A stretch of 56,057 nucleotides of DNA, the filler included, from Jimgerdemannia flammicorona (taxonomy: Eukaryota), in the NCBI GenBank assembly GCA_003990765.1. It is 2 parts of 2 records of this genome, joined end to end, with 100 filler letters (N's around TTAATTAATTAA, not from the genome) between each part and the next. Parts side by side here need not be neighbours in the genome. Positions count along the whole stretch, not along the records: positions 1 to 27,984 come from RBNJ01000588.1; 1 more part is not named here. One strand, 5' to 3'. Below are positions 12,904 through 25,117 of this stretch, in pieces. Below the pieces are notes generated by a model. The model was not told the DNA's origin, did no database searches, and saw only the letters and a program-made list of their open reading frames with translations. Each line of letters starts with the position of its first letter. The first letter of the stretch is position 1. Made by a program: the position numbers and the translations under genes.

Positions 12904-14095
12904 TACCTCCTTTTCTCTACTATCTTACTGGTCTCAATGGTTTGGTAGGCAACCTTTTGAGTCCACTTTCCACAATTATTACCCCCTCTACCTCGGGTTG
13001 ATTTACTGTACCTGTTGCAGGGTAGTAGGAGGGAGGTAATAGTGATGAGTTGACTCTTTATCGGTGTTGGATCAGTGTCTTCTCTACTTTTTCGTGGTTT
13101 CTAATACCTTCAGCTGTATCTGGAGTGCATTCGTTTTGGTGCAGTGCCTTCTTTCTTTTGCTGTCATCAATAAGGTGTTGTCTTGGTATGTCTTGAGCTA
13201 CATAGAGAGTCAGCTGACCTTGGGCATCAAGTGCTCAGTATAGATTACCTGCAGGTCCTCAGTGTCTATAGTGGGGTCCTCTGCTTTGGTGAGCTTCCTG
13301 GTGAGCACAGTTCTGATATAGGTGACTGCTTTTTGGGTGTTGTTGGGATAGGAGGGGAGATGGCTATCATAGATAGGTAGAAGGGCAATAATGGTGGACC
13401 AGTAGGGTGCCAGGCTGGGGGCAGTCATTGGGGCTGGGGTAGGTGCTACTTCGGTGGGGCCTTTTGATTGATGTGGCATGGTTAGGTGGTAGGTGTCACT
13501 CTTGGCTTCTTTTGGCAGGTTGGTGGGTTAGGCCCCAGTCATCAGGGGGGGTCAGGGGGCCCAAGGCTACCCATTTCAGGTGTCTTGGCTACACTCAATT
13601 GGAACTGGGAGCTGATATAGTAACATGATCGAGGCCTGCAGGCTTGAGTAGTGGGGTATTGGGGGTCTTCTCTCACCTCATATGTAAGTCCTTTACTTAC
13701 CTCAACTGGGAGAACCAGGCCCTACCCACTGTGTTGTACTTTGATGAGAGTTTTTTTCTTTGCCTGTCACTCTCTTTGGGGTGGCAGAGACTATTCTATT
13801 TGGCTTGGGCATGGCCTTATATATATGTTGGGTTCTCAGGCATATGCTTTCAGTCATTGGCATATGGTTGGGTTTCCTATGATAGTAGAGAGAGTATGGT
13901 GTGCAGAATGAGGTGCAGGCCAACATAGGCCCTGCTGTGCCTGGTATAGTTGAGCTACTGGACAATAGCTAGCCTAGGTTAATGGGGGGGCAGTGCTTAG
14001 TGAGTGATGGGGGAGGGTTTTGACCTATATAGTCTAGGTTCCCTTCTAATAAAAATCTGTGAGACATGAGTCTATTGAAAAAAAAAAAAAAAAAA
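12904..14095 (+). mobile_element. Poly(A)-tailed retroposed insert (5'-truncated non-LTR element or retrocopy) of unknown family
   Basis: AATAAA at 14048 and A18 at 14078-14095. Imperfect TSD AATCA(TA)TTATAATTA at 12888-12903 and 14094-14107. It splits the lineage B gag. Confidence 0.75.
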
Positions 14096-16975
14096 TCATT
14101 ATAATTACATCTATATACTTATATATATAAATCAAGAATTGAGAAGCTTTCAAGAGAGCCCTTCATAGGCAGTTCAAGTCTACTAATACTACCAAGCTAG
14201 CCAGAGATAAGCTAGTGAACATCAAGCAACTCAAGTCTGTGCAAAACTATAATACACAATTCCTATCAATTCTACTTAAACTACTAGTAATAGTAGAGGA
14301 TGAAAAGATAGACTACTATATCTAAGGCCTGAAAGGAAACACATAAGTCAAGGTTGAGCTAGAAGAGCCACAAAGCCTTGATAAAGCTATAAGAATTACT
14401 AATAGGTTTGATATTATCACTTTTGGCAACTACTTTGAACCAAAATACCATAAGAAGAATTACTTCAAGAACTACTACAAGAACCAACCAAGAACAGTTG
14501 GCCCAGTATCAATAGACTTAGATACTATGAATAAAAAGAATATCAAGCTCACCTCTAAAGAAAAGAACCACCTGAAGAAATCCAGAACCAGTTTCTTTTA
14601 TTACAAAATAGGACATATTGCAATCAAATATTCTAAGAAGACTAGTGAACTCTCAAGATCAGTCACTGTATTGTCCAAGGATACATCTATCAACCCCACC
14701 ATCAGTCAACTCAAGCTCAAGATTAAGAAGCTTTATTTGAAGGCCCAGGCCCCTTAATATCAAATAGAAGAAGCTATTGATCTTGATCTATACTCTGTCA
14801 AACAAATCACTATCTCAGCTAAGGACTGAACTCTGATACCTACTGGAATTGCAGTTCAATACTATAAAGGATATTATATCAGAATTGCATTATAATTAGG
14901 ACTTAGTGTCAAACATCATTTAGATGTAGGTACTAATGTTATTGATCTAGACTTTTGAGAACAAGTTCAAGTTCTACTTATCAACCAGAAGGATCAAGAC
15001 TACACAGTTAAGGAAGGAGACCAAGTTGCACAAATGATCCTAGAAAAAGCCAGTCAACTCAAAATTACAGAAGTCCAAGAACTCTCTGAAACCAAATGAG
15101 ATTAAAAAGATTTTGGCAGTACTGATCAAGCAGTAAGTCTTAGTGAAAATCAAGCTTAAGCTATGCTCATTTTAAAAGGCCTAGTCAAAGAAAAAGAAGT
15201 TTAAGTACTCATAGACAGCAGAGCCACAGGGAACTTCATCAATCAGAACCTCATCAAAAGCCTCAAGATCCTTATCAAACCTGTACCCAAGAATAATAGT
15301 ATAGTCACTGCAGATGGTACTCTGTACTCCATCAAGTCAATTGCCACCAAATTACTCATCAAGATTCAGAAATATTAGGAATAAGTAGACTTTGAGATTG
15401 TACCACTAGGAGATCGTAACCTGATCCTAGAAAAACTCTGGCTTACAAAACATAACCCAGACATTGAATGGTGTAAGAATGAAGTCACTCTACTTCAAGA
15501 TAGAGCCAATATTACTATTAAGACAGACAAGACCATGAGCAAGACCCAGATTGCAATACTGTCAGCTATACAGTACAAGAGAGCACTTAAGAAGGCAATG
15601 CATACCTTTATTATAATAGTCCATCTCAAGAAATAAAACAAGAGACTATCAGTCAATAAAAGTATCAAGTTACTGCTAGAAGAATTCAAGGATATCTTTC
15701 TAGATAAGCTACCTAGTCTACTGCCTATATGAGAAGTTGATCATAAAATCAAACTGACCCCAAGAGCTGTACCACTTAAGAAATATATACTACATATTAC
15801 TACTCAAAATTAAAATAGTCAAGAAGGAACTAGAAGAACTACTTGTATAAGGAGCTATCTAGCCAAGCAAATTTCCTTATGGCTCACCAGTCTTATTTAT
15901 AAAGAAGAAATATGGTACCCTGTAAATATATATAGACTATCATGCACTCAACAAACTTACTGTCAAGAATCACTACCTACTACCCTTGATTGATCAAATC
16001 TTTGATGCTCTCAAGAATGCCAAATACTTCACCAAGTTGGACCTCATATCAGAATACTACCAGATCTGAATTAAGTTAGAAGATATTCTCAAGACTGTAT
16101 TTATGACCCCCTTTGGACTCTACAAATTCTTAGTCTTAGCATTTGGTCTCACTAATGCATCTACTATATTCCAGACCCTAATGAATAAGATATTCAAGAA
16201 CTAACTATTTATTTTCCTATTAGTATATCTCGATGATATCCTGATCTTTAGTGCAACTAAAGAAGAACACCTCTAATATATTTAAATAGTTCTGGAGATC
16301 CTATGAAAATACAAGCTTTATATCAAGCTCAAGAAGTGTAAATTATTTAAGGAACAAGTTGAATATCTTGGCCACATTGTCTCTGCATAAGGAATTCAAG
16401 TAGACCCATATCAGATAGAAGTAATTGAAGATTAGTCCATTCTGTCAAACCTCACAGAACTCTGATCCTTCCTTAATCTAGCTGGCTACTACTGCTGCTT
16501 TGTCAGAAACTTCTCTGGCATTACCAAGTCACTGACTAACCTCATAAGAAAGGTCCTGCACTCAGACTACTATGTATCCTATACCTGAGATCTCTTCTGT
16601 CAATAAGCTTTTCAAGAACTCAAGAACTACCTGATCTATGCTCTAGTTCTGCATAATGCAGATTAAGGCCTAAAATTAACAGTTACTACTGATGGATCGA
16701 ATTTTGCCATTGGAGTAGTCCTGTTATAAGATGATGGCAAAGGACATCATTTTATTACTTTTAAGTCCTATAAGTTAGTCCTAGCTGAACAAAAGCTAGC
16801 CACCCATGAGAAGGAACTACTGGCAATAATATAAATATTAGATTACTGGCAATGCTATCTAGAAGATATTGAGTTTGATGTCATCAATGATTATCAATCT
16901 CTCAAGTATATCAACACTAAACCTAATCTGTCATATCTATAGCCAAGTAGAGCCTCAAGCTTCAAACCTTCAACC

Positions 16976-18300
16976 TGAGACTTTTCTGGAGCCCAACTGG
17001 TGGCTGGGCCAGTGGCTGAGAGAGAGACTACAGATGGGCTCTCTGGGGCTAGTGGGGTGACTGCTGGTGTCTTGGGAGATAAGAGGAAGGTGATGATGGC
17101 AGCTGGCTCTGGAGAACTAGTGGTGCATCCTTTTTTCCACAAATCAGTATTGACATGAGTGATCTTGGTAAATTTCCTGGGATTGGGTTTGTCTGCCAGA
17201 GAGATTTTATGGCTAGTGGGTGAGGAGATTACCAGTGTAGAGTCCCTGAAGTTTATTCCATCAGCAGAGGCAGTAGAGATTGGCTTTGTGGAGGTAAAGG
17301 CCCTGGAGAAAGGGTTGGTGGTCAAGAGCATCAAGGTTGGAATGGAGAGGTGTCTGAGGTGGGATCCATATATAGTACATCTGGTGGTTGAAGGGATACT
17401 GACTCTTGAGAGGCAAGAGACTAAGAGGATAGTGGTAGAGATACTAGCAGGCTTTGGTGAGATGGTCAACTTTGGATTTATGTTCTGGGAGGGGACTAAG
17501 CTGAGGAATGGCAACTGTGAGATTATGGTGAGACTGGAGGACAAGGAGGCCATGGGGCTAGGAAGGGACTGGCTGGAGGTAATTCTAGTTGAAGAACAGA
17601 AATACAAGGTATAGAAGAGGAAAGAATCTGAACAAGAGGAGGAGGAATTACTACTTGCTCTGGAGGAGAGAGAGGCCACCAAGGAATTGCAATAGAGGAG
17701 ATGAGAGGAGTATACCAAGGACTGGATTTGGATTCTGACAGATGGGAGAAGGAAGAGATGATAGAGAACTAACTGGAAGTGCCTGCAGATGGTTCTCCAG
17801 GGTGCAAAAATGAAGGAAGAAGTGAGGGCAGAGATGGCCAAGAGTCAGATGGAGGAGGTGGAGATAGCTGAGGTATCCTTTTCGTAACTGGGGGGTGTGG
17901 AGACCTCAGCTCATATGCTGGTAAAGGAGAAGTGGGCTGATAAGGAGGAGGTAGGTGAAGGGGGCTTTGAGGAAGTAGTTGAGGTAGTACCTGAGATACA
18001 GGTGGAGGATATTCATATAGCAGAAGCAGTGAATGTTCATTGGAAATGTTCAGAGACAGGAGAGGTGGTGTGGCTGGAGAAGAATACTGAGGAGGATGAT
18101 CTGGTAGATGTGGCCTCTGATGTGTTGGCAGACAGAGAAATACTACAGAAGCTGAGTAGAACTCCAAGGCCTACTACCTCTAGACCTCTGGTGATTACTG
18201 CTGATGACTGGTATCAGGCAGTACTTGAGGAACTGGCAGAGGAGGATATCAAGGAAGTGGATATGTTTAATGGATCTCAGGAGGCTTGGAAAGGATTCCT
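16976..18300 (+). pseudogene. ORF1 fragment of a second, related L1-like family
   Basis: 17159-17614 (VEIGFVEV...RCLRWDPYIVHLVVEG) aligns with 4955-5758 (VEVGFEEV...RCLKWDPRVVQLLVKG). Boundaries are approximate. Confidence 0.8.
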
Positions 18301-20478
18301 CAATATCACACTACAAGGGCCAAAACTGGTAATAGTGATAGTGGTGGTATATCCAAGTAGAGTTCTTGGTCCTCATGCCTAGGGATATCCATTCAGATAA
18401 GGGGTCCTTCAAAGAGGTCAGAGAGGCCTTGGAGCCATTGGTCTGGGTTGTCATCCAGGAGAGAGCTCCAGTGGTGTTCACAGTCAGTAGACTTGAGAGT
18501 AATCCAGGAGTTAACTTCTTGGGCTACCTTGATCTCTAGCTCATCAACCTCAGAGAAAGAGAGGTTCTGGAAATCCTTCAGTTAGATGTAGTTGAGGTTG
18601 GGGATTACAAAGAGTACATGGCACATAATTTGATAGACCTTCTTGGCAAGTCTTTGCTTGTATCTGTCCAGGTGGGTCCAGTCTGAGACCTGGTCAATAG
18701 GTAGGCTGTTTGTATGTTGAAGAAGCTGGTGGCTGATTTTATATTTATGCCAGATCTCTAGATGGCTGGTAGCAAGATTGGCCCTTTCGATGAGTTCATG
18801 GCAGTCAAGAACATAATGCCCTAGATTCTGGCTGGAGAGGTTAAGGGCCTCAGAGCAGTGATTTCTTCCTTGAATGGCAACCTGGATATGTCTGAAGAGG
18901 TGATCAACCTGGCTTGGGAGGAGCTGGCTATGGTGGGCAGTTTGGTAGCTGGTAGTGGGCATTCTTGTCTTGTCTTTTCTTTGTGAGGAGAGGGGAATAA
19001 GAGTTGTGGGGTATTCTTGCCTTGGGTATTTATACTTATTCACCTATCTGGTATGACCTTCTTTTGGTCATACTTTCTAGCCAAAATGTATGACCTATTG
19101 CTATAAGTGGGGCATATGCTAGTCATATGAGAAAATCCTGATTTCAAAGATATTGTCACTTGTAGTTGTAGTTATACAGGGTTAACAGGTCTTGGTCCTC
19201 TTTTTTTTTGTCTAGTTAGTGCTTTTGTAAGGACTGGCCATCCTTATCTAGGGCAAGGGCTCTCATTGTCACAGCTGGGAGTTTGAACTTCTCAGAAATA
19301 GAATTTCTTATAATTCAAGGCAATTCCTAGTAGCAATATCTGTTATATGGATGGGCTTAAATTGGTTTTGATATCATTGGCTTTCCTAAGTTCCATATGA
19401 AGTGTCTATCATCATTCAGTAGAAATGATACAGATGGTGTGAAATAGAGTTGTTCAAATGTGTTTTGCTGTATTATGTAAGATTGTTCTTCATCTGATTA
19501 TCTTCTTATTGGTTATCTATGATGTTTCCTTTTTTCTGCAATGTTCAGTATTATATGTTTTGGATAAAATATGTAGTATCTTGTTTGCTAAGTGCTCTGA
19601 TTCTTTAGAGCTGCAGTTCCTTCCTTTGCTGGGGAGTGAGTGTTTCCATATTATCCTAGAGGGCTTCATGTGTATTCTCTAGAGCTTCTTCTTTTTTCCA
19701 GGTAGCATCATGGGTGGGGTAACCATTCCACTTGATGAGAAAAACCTGCTTGACTGTTTTGGGGTATTTGTGGACCTTGTGGTCAAGTACTTCCTCAATT
19801 TTGAATTCCTTATGATTATTGATTCTAATTGGGAGTAGTGGTGAAACTATATACTTGGAGAATGGGTTCTATAGTAGTCCACCAATTGGCTGATATGGAA
19901 TACTGGGTGTACTCAGATATTGTAGAGAAGTTGCAACTTATAGTTGACTTTGCTGACTTTTTCCATAATCTTGTATGGTTCAATTCTTCTAGCACAGAGT
20001 TTCTTAGCAGGTTGTTGTGCTAGGGTGTCTGGATGGAGGTGATCTGTTCTAAGCATGACCCTGTTACCAATGTTATAGGAGACTTCTCTTCACTTCAAGT
20101 TTGCATACTTGGTCTAGTAGTCTTGTGCTTCTATAAGAGTATCTCTTGTCATTTGAGTAAGGTCAGAAATGGTCTTGGCTAGGTCTTGGGCTGCTGGGAC
20201 TACTAATTTCACAGTAGTACTCAGAGTCCTTGGGTGTTGACCATGATTCAGAAAGAATAGAGTCTTCTTTATAGAGGTTTGCTGGCTGTTATTATAAGCA
20301 AACTTGGTATGGACTAAGTACTTGTCCCAATTATTCTGCTTGTAATAGCAGAAGATGCTAAGCATCTGTTTGAGAGTCCTATTAGTTCACTCAGTTTGAC
20401 CATCAGTCTGGGGGTGGTAGGCAGTAGAGAACTTCAGCTTAGTTCCATGAAGAGAGAAGAATGTCTTCCAGAAGTTGC
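18300..20478 (-). mobile_element. 3' part of Ty3/Gypsy chromovirus lineage D (integrase end, chromodomain, 3' region with an extra ORF)
   Basis: [14 protein letters not shown] at ~20390-20432 and KFAYNNSQQ. Chromodomain EFKIEEVLDH...FLIKWNGYPTHDATW at ~19700-19810. Confidence 0.88.
18310..18962 (-). pseudogene. Accessory ORF of lineage D, homolog of the LTR-encoded protein family; function unknown
   Basis: TATAAATACCC at 19024-19034 (minus), ATG at 18962. The frame continues past the TAA at 18582 as LKDFQNLSFSEVDELE...DDNPDQWLQGL. It aligns with 54.9-55.5 kb. Confidence 0.75.
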
Positions 20479-20582
20479 TTTTTTTTTTTTTTTTTTTTAT
20501 AGTCACTTGGACTCCGTCTTTATTACCAGTCTATGAATAAGTATGCAATATCACCACCCACTATCCAATCCCCCTAGGGGGA
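20479..20582 (-). mobile_element. ~100 bp 5'-truncated 3' stub of the L1-like family
   Basis: T20 followed by ATAGTCACTTGGACTCCG..., matching positions 1-90 and 36499-36600. Confidence 0.9.
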
Positions 20583-21582
20583 CACAAGATACAGCCTTTA
20601 TACTCTATGACAGATGTTTGCAGAGAATTCTTCTTTTTTTGAACCTTCGGATTGCAAGGTGCCTCCCTCTCCAAAGAGGATCGTCATCGATGTTCAGTTT
20701 CTTGGTATATTAAGAGGCGTCGAGTTCCGATTGGTGGTCGCTGATGCTTAACACGATCTACCAACATAAATTTTATATATAGCTGCTTGGAGGTAAGTTT
20801 ATTATTCCAAAAGTCTTTAATAGATGCAGTCCATGCCAACACTGAAGACATTGCACCCCATGCGGTTTTTTTTTTCCTGCTCGTGTGATCAGATCGCCGT
20901 TTGTTGGTGATGCGTTATCTCGACCGGGTCGGCGGGGATAAGTGATGATGCCGTGCAGCGGGATTTTGGTGGATATTGTGCGGGGTTGATAGGTAGCATC
21001 TCGTTGCCGACTTCCGCGTGTGTGGTTGAAGAGATGATTGGAAAGAGGCTTTTCAAGAGTAATCAGTCAGTGAAAACGGGGCATCTTGACGAGAATACCT
21101 GTAGGATTTGAAGGTTTGGAAAGTTGATGCAGCAAGCAGTCCTCTGCAGTATATCTGAATCATGAGTTGTCGAACGATCACACGCTAACATCGTAAACCC
21201 GAGCCTTCGTCATAAAAGGATTAGCATCCGCAGGTCGGCATCGATCGGGACCTGGACCGATTCGCACGTGCAGTTTGAGGTGGGCACACAATATGACCAT
21301 AGAGAAGACGAAAGGAAATAATGAAGATTGAGGGAAATGAATTTCAACAGTTTAGATTGAGAGGCTGTCATGAGTTGGCTGTCATGAGTTGAAGTCGGTA
21401 ATTTAATTAGAAGCAGTAATCAAAGAAACAGAACAAGCCCCATCCTCAAATAGAAGTCTTTTTTGGCTCTAAAAATAATCTATACTGCGGTGAGTTAAAA
21501 ATAGCGTGTAAAATGTCTATAAAGTCGGCACAACCCATCGACACGACCAATACACAGCCACACCTCAAAGTTACGCCATAAG

Positions 21583-23039
21583 ATGTCACACCAGGTTCCG
21601 ATAAATCTAGCACTAAGGCTCTTACCGCATTTTGACGACCTTCCAAGAGAATATTGGAGCAACGTCTTTCGCCTTAAGCGCCAGTTCCCTTACGACAGCG
21701 AACTCAAAAAAAACCTGAAACAATTGAATCCTAAACTGGTGGCTCTAGTTCGGTACCTGGTTTGGATCCCCTATAACTGCTTTGTTAAGATCGAACAAGT
21801 GGGCCAAGGCGATTTTACGAACGGTAAGTTTCAAAATTATACATATATCCCTCGTGTATCCTGTGCGCTTAACTCATCACCTTATCCACCACAGTTTGGA
21901 AAGGAACGATTTCAAACTACATGTCCGAGGGTGGCAACGCACACGATGAATGTTTTGCCCTAAAAGAAATTGACGAGTCCCTTGTGCAAGAGGTTGGTTT
22001 TTTCGATTGTGATTTCTCTGCGTATACAGGAATATCAAGGAAACCTTTGTGTTGTCAATGACTTATTGGATTCTTCGGTCTTGGTAAATGCGTATAGGCT
22101 ATGGTGTATACAATTATTGCGAACTCCGTGAATATTATGGGCCTTACAAAGCACCCTAAATCTGGAAAGTATTTCGTCATTACGGAATTCCTCGAAGGAG
22201 GCAGTTTGGAAGATAGATTGAGTCAGCATGCGCTAGACAACTGGGTAAACATTTTCGAACAGGCCTTCGAACTCTGTTTGAATCTAGCTCACCTCCACGA
22301 CTTTGGATTGATACACTATGACCTCCACCCTGGCAACATCGCCTTTCGAGCCGCAGAGAGTACGTCTTCTCTGATGATGGATATCGGGGCCGGAGAAGTC
22401 ATTTCCAACTCTGAAAATGAAAACGATGGCTGCTATGGTCGAATGCCATACCTCCCACCAGAAGTATTCAAGGGCAAGCCATACACCATGGCGTCTGATG
22501 TTTACTGTCTCGGAACACTTCTGTGGCAGCTCGCCAGCCACGTCCCACCACGCGGAACAGCCGGCGCTCTGTTCCGAGCAGACGGGATGCGTGAGGACCA
22601 TGTACCTGGCACGCCAGTCAAATATCAAAGGATCATTGACGCATGTTGGAACGTTGATCCAGCCAACCGGCCCACTGCAAAGGAAGTTAAAGACCGCCTA
22701 TCGCGCCTACGGTGCTCGTACGACCCCTTTCTCCCGGTTCCAAAGTATTCGCCTCAACACCTACTCGTCTGGTTCAACCTCCATTTCCGAAACTGTCCGT
22801 CTCGCAGAGCCAAGGAACACGTCGCACGACGGATGGCTGAACACCAGCGAGATCTCGACGCGGAACAATGTGAGAGTATCGGAAGCCTCACCCTGGTCGA
22901 TGGGATATCGCCTGCCATTGTCCCATCAATGGCATATCGAAGCCGGTATTACACGCGACAACAGCTGAAAGAATTCTCTTGGCCTACTTCCGTCATCCAA
23001 GAGGCTCAGTGGATTTTTGCTCCGTCGAAGGCGTCATAA
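21583..23039 (+). CDS. Tyrosine-kinase-like protein kinase, 3 exons: join(21583-21823, 21895-21992, 22098-23039), ~426 aa
   Basis: GT-AG introns 21824-21894 and 21993-22097 restore one frame. Motifs: WIPY...VGQGDFTNVWKG, FALKE, ITEFLEGGSL, HYDLHPGN, DIG, YGRMPYLPPE, SDVYCLG, CWNVDPANRPT. Confidence 0.88.
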
Positions 23040-24071
23040 ACATACGAGAAGACTGTCGATGTACTGGAAATGTATGAGTTGATTATGCGAATTCAATCAT
23101 TTATGTATGAAGATTTTTCTTTTTCTCTTTGTATGCTTTTTATTTCAAACAAACAATACGGAGATGTTGAGAATATGGGAAAGGCCTCGGTGATCATTTC
23201 TTCGAATAACGAGGTTCATTCGCAATAGAGGTTTAACTGTCGACCAACCTAGAATCTACGTGCTGGGCGTTTTCGTCAAAAGCACATTTTGTAAAATAAA
23301 ATAAAATAAGTACAGTTGACGATATATGTGCGAGACACGTGATCGACCATCGCTTTGGGATGAATTTAATTACCTTTTTACGCCTCAACTCCTCCACGCT
23401 CCCAACGACAACGCCGTCAACCTTCAGTTCGACCTCACGCACCTAATAACCGACTCGGCTTTCCGCGACGTAACCCTGTCTGCTCCGACGGCGTCGAGGT
23501 CGGTGCCTGTCGCGCCGTCCTCGCGTCGCTCTGGAGCGCCTTCTCTATAGCGACCCCACCTGCCCTCCGTGACATCAAATCGCCTGCGCTACGTATCGTT
23601 CTCGTCTTTATTCATACCGATACAATCGATGCGGCGCCGCTCTCGCCCTGGGCCGCCGTCGAGGCGTACCGTGCCGCGTCTATCTTCCTCCTCCCCAAGC
23701 TCATGGGCATGATCCTGAAGCGCGCAGAAGTCGACGACGTCAAAGTCGCGTCGTCGCTTCTTAACGAAGCTGTCGCATCCGTGCGGAAGGACCAATCGAC
23801 GGTCGCGTTTTTCCGTGTCCTGATCAGATCCATCCGGATCTGGACGAGCTGTTCGAGGACGCTGCTTACGTGTCATGATCACGTGCTGATAACCCACCTC
23901 CAGTTGACCACGCTTCGAACCGCCAACGTGAACTCCACGGACGTGCCAAAGATCCGTTTGCAGGATGACCGCTCGCGCGCATCGCTCCAGAGGATATGCA
24001 TCTTCACTGACACATCCTTGCACATGGCACCTGTGACTTTTTTCCGGAACAAATATTCCCGATTAGATCAA

Positions 24072-24227
24072 ATTGATTAAATCGGTTGACATTGATTAAA
24101 TCGTTTAGCATTGATTAAATCGTTTATCATTGATTAAATCGTTTAGCATTGCTGGCATTGATTAAATTGGTTAGCATTGATTAAATCGGTTAGCATTGAT
24201 TAAATCGGCTGTCATTGATTACACCGA
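24072..24227. repeat. 19-bp minisatellite (ATTGATTAAATCGGTTAGC-like), ~8 copies
   Basis: Head-to-tail units visible directly, with one short interruption near 24148. Confidence 0.92.
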
Positions 24228-24419
24228 CCAAACCGGCTAGCATTACAGTATGGTTGGGTTCTACACCAAAATTAGCTCGAGGCGGTTTATTGTCGTCCCC
24301 ACGCTCGCGAAACAGGGAAGAGATGCTTGTTTTGGGTCGCGCGTTTATGCCTGTCGCTGGGAAAAGGAAAAAAAAAAAAACCCCCCTTTCTCAGACTTTT
24401 CCGCAAGATCCAAAAATGG

Positions 24420-25117
24420 ACGTGTTCAGCGCTTCGATTGATTGTGCCTCAGTAGTTCACCACCGCGAGTTCAGTTCAAGAGAACTCGATTTCCATCGCA
24501 ATAGTGTAAACTGCATTCCGTCAGTTAAAACCTCTATTGTTTACATCGAACCTTTTCGACGCAAGAAAATGGGGTGCTTCGGGTAATAGAGATGGAAGTT
24601 ATTGGCCCCCAGAAGACAGACTAGCGTGACATAAGACTTGTAACCACAAACCCCGAAGACCATTTTTCAGCGCTTCGATCGGTTGAAAGACTCCGGCCCT
24701 GTTTTTCTGCAATCACAATAGTGTAAACTGGATCCCGTTAGTCACAACCGCTATTGTTTACGTCTGACCTTCTCGACGCAAGAAAATGACGTGCCTTGGG
24801 TGGTGGAGATGGCAGTTGTTGGTCCCCCAGAAGACAAACTAGTGCAACATGAGAGGGACTAAAGGAATTGCATTCCGTTAGTTCCAACCTTCTCGACGCA
24901 AGAAAATGACGCGTTTTGGGTAATGGAAATGGCAGTTGTTGGTTCCCCGGAAGACAGACTAACGCGACATGAGAGGGACTAAAGGAATTGCATTCCGTTA
25001 GTCACAACCTCTATTGTTTACGTCCAACCTTCTCGACGCAAGAAAATGACGCGTTTTGGGTAATGGAAATGGCAGTTGTTGGTTCCCCGGAAGACAGACT
25101 AACGCGACATGAGAGGA
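24420..25117. repeat. Imperfect tandem repeat, 4 copies of a ~120-140 bp core
   Basis: TCGACGCAAGAAAATG...GAAGACAGACTA recurs at ~24555, 24773, 24893 and 25033. Confidence 0.9.

Larger units (their letters stand above)
11006..16975 (+). mobile_element. Ty3/Gypsy lineage B, heavily degraded: gag-dUTPase-PR-RT-RNaseH, interrupted by two insertions
   Basis: Gag-like DIWIFQLDQYF...FATTLL at ~12770-12885 continues as ARDKLVNIKQLKSVQNY at ~14200. Decayed knuckle ~14590, dUTPase ~14710-15125, VLIDSRATGNFI ~15205, VYLDDILIFS ~16222, TTDGSNFAIGVVL ~16685. Confidence 0.88.

Noticed and set aside
24072..24227. 19-bp repeats as CRISPR, iterons or telomere
   Set aside because: No spacers, no rep gene, internal location and no G-rich strand; an ordinary minisatellite.
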